From IMG/VR virus record IMGVR_UViG_3300032288_002343, positions 64,001 through 114,174 of that record: a DNA stretch of 50,174 nucleotides, one strand, 5' to 3'. The stretch comes from a virus (taxonomy: Duplodnaviria > Heunggongvirae > Uroviricota > Caudoviricetes). The notes below the pieces were generated by a model. That model saw only the letters and a program-made list of their open reading frames with translations. It was not told the DNA's origin and made no database searches. Each line of letters starts with the position of its first letter. Positions within the stretch are counted from its first letter, which is position 1. The position numbers and the translations under genes were made by a program. Below are positions 46,242-50,174 of this stretch, piece after piece.

Positions 46242-46805
46242 TTAGTAAAAGTTTATGACATAGTTGGTTCCAGAACAACCACAATTATTTTTAATAAAAT
46301 TATTTAACATCATGTCTGCCTGGTTATACATCTTTGTTGCTTCAACATCTGCACAATTATTAGCAGCAGCAATTGCTCCTTGTATAAAGAAATAAATAGA
46401 GTTTAAGTCCACCTTTGCTTGTGTCTTAATAGCTCTATCACATTCCATCATATCGAGCTTCATAAATGCGCCATCAAATTTTTCTTGTAACTGCTCTACA
46501 CGCATAATTGACTTTTCTACAAAATTTTCATATGCAGGAGCTACAGAGTATCTTAAACGATAAACCCCATCAGGTAGAGGTTGATCTACACCTATGGGGG
46601 TTATTCCTAAGTTTGATGTGGTGAATACATTAAAGTCGTTAACACTAAAAGGTTTAACGAATGTTCCAAAACCAGGAACAGTGATATCAATTGTGGCACC
46701 AGAAACAACAGGTGGATTAGTTGGATAGACAGATGCATCAGCAACCCCAAGCGTGGTTGTATTATACGTAGGGATTACCAGTATATCTAATTTTAAATCT
46801 GCCAT
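46242..46805 (-). CDS. Conserved crAss-type structural protein, probable tail hub (187 aa)
   Basis: LPDGVYRLRYSVAP motif and helical C-terminus IYFFIQGAIAAANNC; gene order after auxiliary capsid protein. Confidence 0.55.
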   Translation of the reverse strand: MADLKLDILVIPTYNTTTLGVADASVYPTNPPVVSGATIDITVPGFGTFVKPFSVNDFNVFTTSNLGITPIGVDQPLPDGVYRLRYSVAPAYENFVEKSIMRVEQLQEKFDGAFMKLDMMECDRAIKTQAKVDLNSIYFFIQGAIAAANNCADVEATKMYNQADMMLNNFIKNNCGCSGTNYVINFY

Positions 46806-46813
46806 GTTGTTTT

Positions 46814-46863
46814 AAATAAATAAGCCAGAGGATCTGAGTTTGTATCCTCTCACCTCTGGCTTA
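46814..46863 (-). terminator. Terminator-like hairpin after the auxiliary capsid gene
   Basis: Perfect 11-bp stem TAAGCCAGAGG/CCTCTGGCTTA with inner TGAG/CTCA pairing, followed by TTTATTT. Confidence 0.7.
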
Positions 46864-46894
46864 GGTTAATATAATCTAGGTTACTCGCCTACTA

Positions 46895-48067
46895 TTACGG
46901 AATCAGAGTTGTAGTAGTAGAAGTAGAAGGCCATACAGTAGTTGTAGTAGAAGTAGTTGTTACACATACTCCATTCTCATCAGCCACTGCACCAAGACCA
47001 GCTACAAGAACCTCTTCAATCTCAGCTTCAATAGCGCTATCCTTAGCAACAGCAATAATTACAGTGCTGTCTTCTTTGATATAGTCGCCCCAACTGTACT
47101 CAGACTTGTTGTATTCATTGAACTTGATGTAATAAGTGGTATAAGTTGTACCATCACTCACCCAAGATTCAAAGTTCTCATTGTAACCATTCATTCTGTA
47201 GAGGTGCTTCAAGTAACCAGCTTGGTAGCTGTAGAAGTTTTTCTCTAATTGTGCAATCTCTGCAGAAGTACCAGTAGCGTAGTTAGAACGCTGTACAATT
47301 ACAGGCTCAGCAACAACGTTACAAGGATCGAATACAATGAAGTCAGCAGTTGTTGCTGGACCACTGTACACGAATGTACGGAACCACATTCTGTCATACT
47401 CGAAAGGAAATGCTGCAATATCACAAGGCTGACCATACTTAGTAAGAGGCTTACCAGTAATACGCAAGAATGCGTTTTGGTCGTTACCAATTCTCTGGAA
47501 CTGATAGAAGTCAGAGAAAGTGATGTTGTCAGGGTTGTTTCCAGGAGCCTGAAGATTGAAATGATAGATGATATCATCAATCAAAGCAGGGATATCAACA
47601 GTGTCACAAGGATCACCACCACAATCGCAACAAGGTGCATTTACAGTGATAGAACGAGTGAAACCATTGAAATACAGAGTGTCTAAGTAGCTAGAGTGAG
47701 CACGGAGAGTTACAGTTACAACTTCACCACACTTTACATTCCAGTTTACAACATCTGTAATTTGAGTAACAGGAGTAGGACAACCATTTACTTTGTACCA
47801 CTCAGTTACATTGCTGTTACAACCAGCACCAGAAGGACAGCCTTTAATCTTATCAGAACGCTTAGAGCCTTGCAGATAAGTGTTAGTACGGCCCTGCGCA
47901 ACATAAAAATAGGGAGCAGCAGCGATGTTAGCAGCTGTTGCTAATGTGTAGTCAGCTTTGAAGATACCAACCTGACCAGCTGTTAAGTCTTGCGTAGATC
48001 CAGAGCTAGGGAGCGCAGTTTGCCCTACTGGCACTACGAAGAGCGTAGTTAATGAAAAATCAGCCAT
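46895..48067 (-). CDS. Probable auxiliary capsid protein with Thr-rich tail (390 aa)
   Basis: Beta-rich, follows ring gene and precedes a terminator; C-terminal CVTTTSTTTTVWPSTSTTTT; role inferred from crAss-like gene order. Confidence 0.55.
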   Translation of the reverse strand: MADFSLTTLFVVPVGQTALPSSGSTQDLTAGQVGIFKADYTLATAANIAAAPYFYVAQGRTNTYLQGSKRSDKIKGCPSGAGCNSNVTEWYKVNGCPTPVTQITDVVNWNVKCGEVVTVTLRAHSSYLDTLYFNGFTRSITVNAPCCDCGGDPCDTVDIPALIDDIIYHFNLQAPGNNPDNITFSDFYQFQRIGNDQNAFLRITGKPLTKYGQPCDIAAFPFEYDRMWFRTFVYSGPATTADFIVFDPCNVVAEPVIVQRSNYATGTSAEIAQLEKNFYSYQAGYLKHLYRMNGYNENFESWVSDGTTYTTYYIKFNEYNKSEYSWGDYIKEDSTVIIAVAKDSAIEAEIEEVLVAGLGAVADENGVCVTTTSTTTTVWPSTSTTTTLIP

Positions 48068-48095
48068 TTTGTTTTATTTTAGGTGATTAAAAAAA

Positions 48096-48827
48096 TTATT
48101 CGTTTGTCTGTATCCTGAATTGTGCACTTTGAGCAGCAGACTGGTTCTCAGTGTACATAGCCAGGTTTTGTACTGTTAAGTCTACCAATTCATCCTCTAG
48201 ATAGAGTTCAAGTTCGCAGTCCTGATCTGTTGAGTCTGTTCCATCAAATCTTACATATCCAGTTTTGTCTATGTAAACAGGATACCTCATATATGATATG
48301 TAGATGTCCTTTGGTGTGAACGTACCATCAGTGAAGATGCTTATCTCATCTGTCGAAAGGAAGTTAAAAGTCTCTTGATATTCAAAGCTTGGTCTATAAT
48401 GGTCATTGTTCAGAATAAACTGAAGATCACCATGTTTAGCCAAATCTCTGTTAATCCAGATTTTTCTATCCTTACACACTCCTTTGTCAGCAAGTATATA
48501 TGCATCTATGTAGAACATATACTTGGGATCAAGTAGGTGTATGTTGGCAAACCATTGATTTAGTTCCTCATTCTTAAGTGTGAGCTTAAGAGGTTGGTGA
48601 TTGTAAGTGATTACTAAGCTCTGGAGGTCCTCATAACGCTTCTTAAAAGCATCAAGACCCATTCCACTTATTACACTAAAACCATCAACTTTTTGTTTTA
48701 TCAGCTTGATTTGAGCTTCATTCAAAGCTAAAATCTTGTCTTCTAAGTTTATTTGCTGGTGAACGTTAGTTGACAGTTTATTTAGTTTCTGATCAATCTT
48801 ATATAATAAACTGTCTACTGGTATCAT
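48096..48827 (-). CDS. Ring/neck protein (243 aa)
   Basis: KIDQKLNK...LNEAQ N-terminus and DCEL...ELVDLTV C-terminus typical of crAss ring proteins; ATGA overlap with upstream gene. Confidence 0.62.
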   Translation of the reverse strand: MIPVDSLLYKIDQKLNKLSTNVHQQINLEDKILALNEAQIKLIKQKVDGFSVISGMGLDAFKKRYEDLQSLVITYNHQPLKLTLKNEELNQWFANIHLLDPKYMFYIDAYILADKGVCKDRKIWINRDLAKHGDLQFILNNDHYRPSFEYQETFNFLSTDEISIFTDGTFTPKDIYISYMRYPVYIDKTGYVRFDGTDSTDQDCELELYLEDELVDLTVQNLAMYTENQSAAQSAQFRIQTNE

Positions 48828-49792
48828 ACTGCAGCTAATTTCTTAGTTTTCAGCTTTCCTTCAAGTGTTAACAGGAGATCCTGATTATCATCATCAGCAA
48901 GCTGTTTAATCAAATCATCTTCGTCCTTAGCTATTTCAAACTCACCCTCATAAATCTTACCATTAGGTTTAGCTCTATATACAGAATGAGAGATTGCTTG
49001 TTTCACTAAGTCCTTGATATGGAGTAAGTTATCTTTCATATCTGCGAAGCGCGTGAACACTTCAACAGGATTTAACCCTTGATATTTACCGTTTTTAAAT
49101 TCGGTTTGTTTAAGGACATTGTCTACAAGGTTGTAAACTGCTTCCTCTTTACTATCATCAGTTACAGGTAATCCCAACAGACGTGCCACTTTTCTCTTTC
49201 TTTCAGGAGTCATGCTGTCAAACTTAACAATAGCTTTATTGATAAGTTGCTTCTTCTTGAAGAGTACAGCATTCTCGATTTCATCATCAGCTACATAGAA
49301 CTGAGTTTCAGCAGGATATTCACCACGCTCCCAAGCCTGATAGCTAGAAGCAATTGTAGGATGAACACGCAACCAAGAGAAAGCTACTTCCTGTAGAGGA
49401 ATTGCAAGATCGAAGAAGTTATCACCATCCAGAAGTTTTACAGGCTGAACATGCAGTGCATCACTTGTAGATGTAGATAGTCCATAGTTCCAAAAACTAG
49501 AACGAGGACCTAAGTCAACATCACCAAGAGCAGCTTGTAACTTCTCTTTAAGTTTTGTAACACGTTCAATCTCCATATCTCTTTCTAGAGGATCAGAGAT
49601 TCTGCGGATGTAAGCAGCTTCAGGATCAAGTCCTGTTCTGTATTTACCATCTAGTTCCTTGTAGGGATATTTGAACACCCCTGTTCCAGGAATACGCGTT
49701 AGACCTTTAAGTGCAAGACCACCTTGCATTGTCTGAAGTTGTGAGTTATTATACTCCTTCTTAATCGTTGAGATTTTACCTAACTTACCCAT
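48824..49792 (-). CDS. Conserved crAss-type protein encoded directly after the major capsid protein (322 aa)
   Basis: Long clean ORF; WLRVHPTIASS and FYVADDE motifs; position. Confidence 0.6.
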   Translation of the reverse strand: MGKLGKISTIKKEYNNSQLQTMQGGLALKGLTRIPGTGVFKYPYKELDGKYRTGLDPEAAYIRRISDPLERDMEIERVTKLKEKLQAALGDVDLGPRSSFWNYGLSTSTSDALHVQPVKLLDGDNFFDLAIPLQEVAFSWLRVHPTIASSYQAWERGEYPAETQFYVADDEIENAVLFKKKQLINKAIVKFDSMTPERKRKVARLLGLPVTDDSKEEAVYNLVDNVLKQTEFKNGKYQGLNPVEVFTRFADMKDNLLHIKDLVKQAISHSVYRAKPNGKIYEGEFEIAKDEDDLIKQLADDDNQDLLLTLEGKLKTKKLAAV

Positions 49793-49817
49793 ATGTAGTT
49801 TATTTATTTGGTTTGTT

Positions 49818-49950
49818 TGCAGAGATGTGAGGACTGAACCTCATGGCAAATAGGAGATAGCCCTATTTCCCATCTCTGTAGTTTGAGAAGAGCTCCCCCA
49901 CTCTGAAGTGGGGGGCAATCTCTCCTCGGTATATTGCACACAAGGTGTGC
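49818..49950 (-). ncRNA. Highly structured intergenic RNA element (hairpin, long stem-loop, three-way junction)
   Basis: Stems GCACAC/GTGTGC; GAGGAGAG/CTCTTCTC enclosing CCCCCACT/AGTGGGGG; CAGAGATG/CATCTCTG enclosing AAATAGG/CCTATTT and TGAGG/CCTCA. No U-tract. Independent ncRNA status not established. Confidence 0.45.
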
Positions 49951-49956
49951 GGTTTC

Positions 49957-50174
49957 TTAGAATTGTGGGATTTCCTCAATAAGAACTGTACGAGACAAGT
50001 CCTCAATGAATACATCACAACGATCCTTCATCCAGATTTCATATCCAGGGAATTTGTTCGCAGAGCTCATACCCTGAGACTTAGCAAAGCCTAAGTGGTG
50101 GCGAGTTCCATCGATATATCCCCAAGTCATAGAAGGTGCACCCTTCATACGAACTTCACGGATGTTGTTAACCA
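49957..50174 (-). CDS. Major capsid protein, C-terminal fragment (5'-partial)
   Basis: Frame is open to the window end: VNNIREVRMKGAPSMTWGYIDG...GYEIWMKDRCDVFIEDLSRTVLIEEIPQF, resembling crAss-like MCP C-termini; expected position at the head of this block. Confidence 0.7.
   Translation of the reverse strand, partial: VNNIREVRMKGAPSMTWGYIDGTRHHLGFAKSQGMSSANKFPGYEIWMKDRCDVFIEDLSRTVLIEEIPQF

Noticed and set aside
9697-49792. Stop-codon reassignment, known in some Crassvirales
   Set aside because: Genes up to 11 kb are intact in the standard code; ends are TAA (mostly) or TGA; no fragmentation at TAG or TGA.
9697-49792. Numerous 60-190 aa plus-strand ORFs opposite the large genes
   Set aside because: Fully nested antisense to well-supported genes, Ser/Leu/Phe-rich shadow composition, no recognisable motifs.
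49885-49927. Simple intrinsic terminator after the capsid gene
   Set aside because: Strong stem but followed by AAACTAC rather than a U-tract; treated as part of the larger structured element.
1-50174. tRNA or rRNA genes
   Set aside because: Intergenic gaps are short and none shows a cloverleaf with T-loop/D-loop consensus.

Overview
Structural/late-gene block of a crAss-like (Crassvirales-type) phage of a Bacteroidota host. All supported genes lie on the minus strand and read in the standard genetic code. In transcription order (right to left): 3' end of the major capsid protein gene, a conserved crAss-type block (ring/tail-tube proteins, auxiliary capsid protein, probable hub proteins, IHF-like protein), small Cys-rich fibre/decoration genes, a metallophosphoesterase with its own promoter, a tail stabilisation (muzzle) protein apparently split into two genes, five almost Cys-free ejection/cargo proteins (one with an M15 peptidase, a 3781-aa virion RNA polymerase with the DFDID motif and a zincin, and a 1559-aa protein with a PD-(D/E)xK nuclease fold), then two very long Gly-X-Y fibre genes. 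The last fibre gene (missing from the ORF track because it runs off the window) ends in a Peptidase S74 chaperone. Three Bacteroidota-type -33/-7 promoters, two terminators and a structured intergenic RNA were read directly from the sequence. Most interesting: a fibre domain split across two genes, a recurring x-Q/K-x-G(G) motif that partitions the cargo proteins into modules, a sharp cysteine boundary with a terminal Cys pair between the two giant proteins, and a MIKLTK mini-ORF at the muzzle split. Family assignments come from motif recognition and recalled gene order, not database searches; residue and GC counts are by eye.
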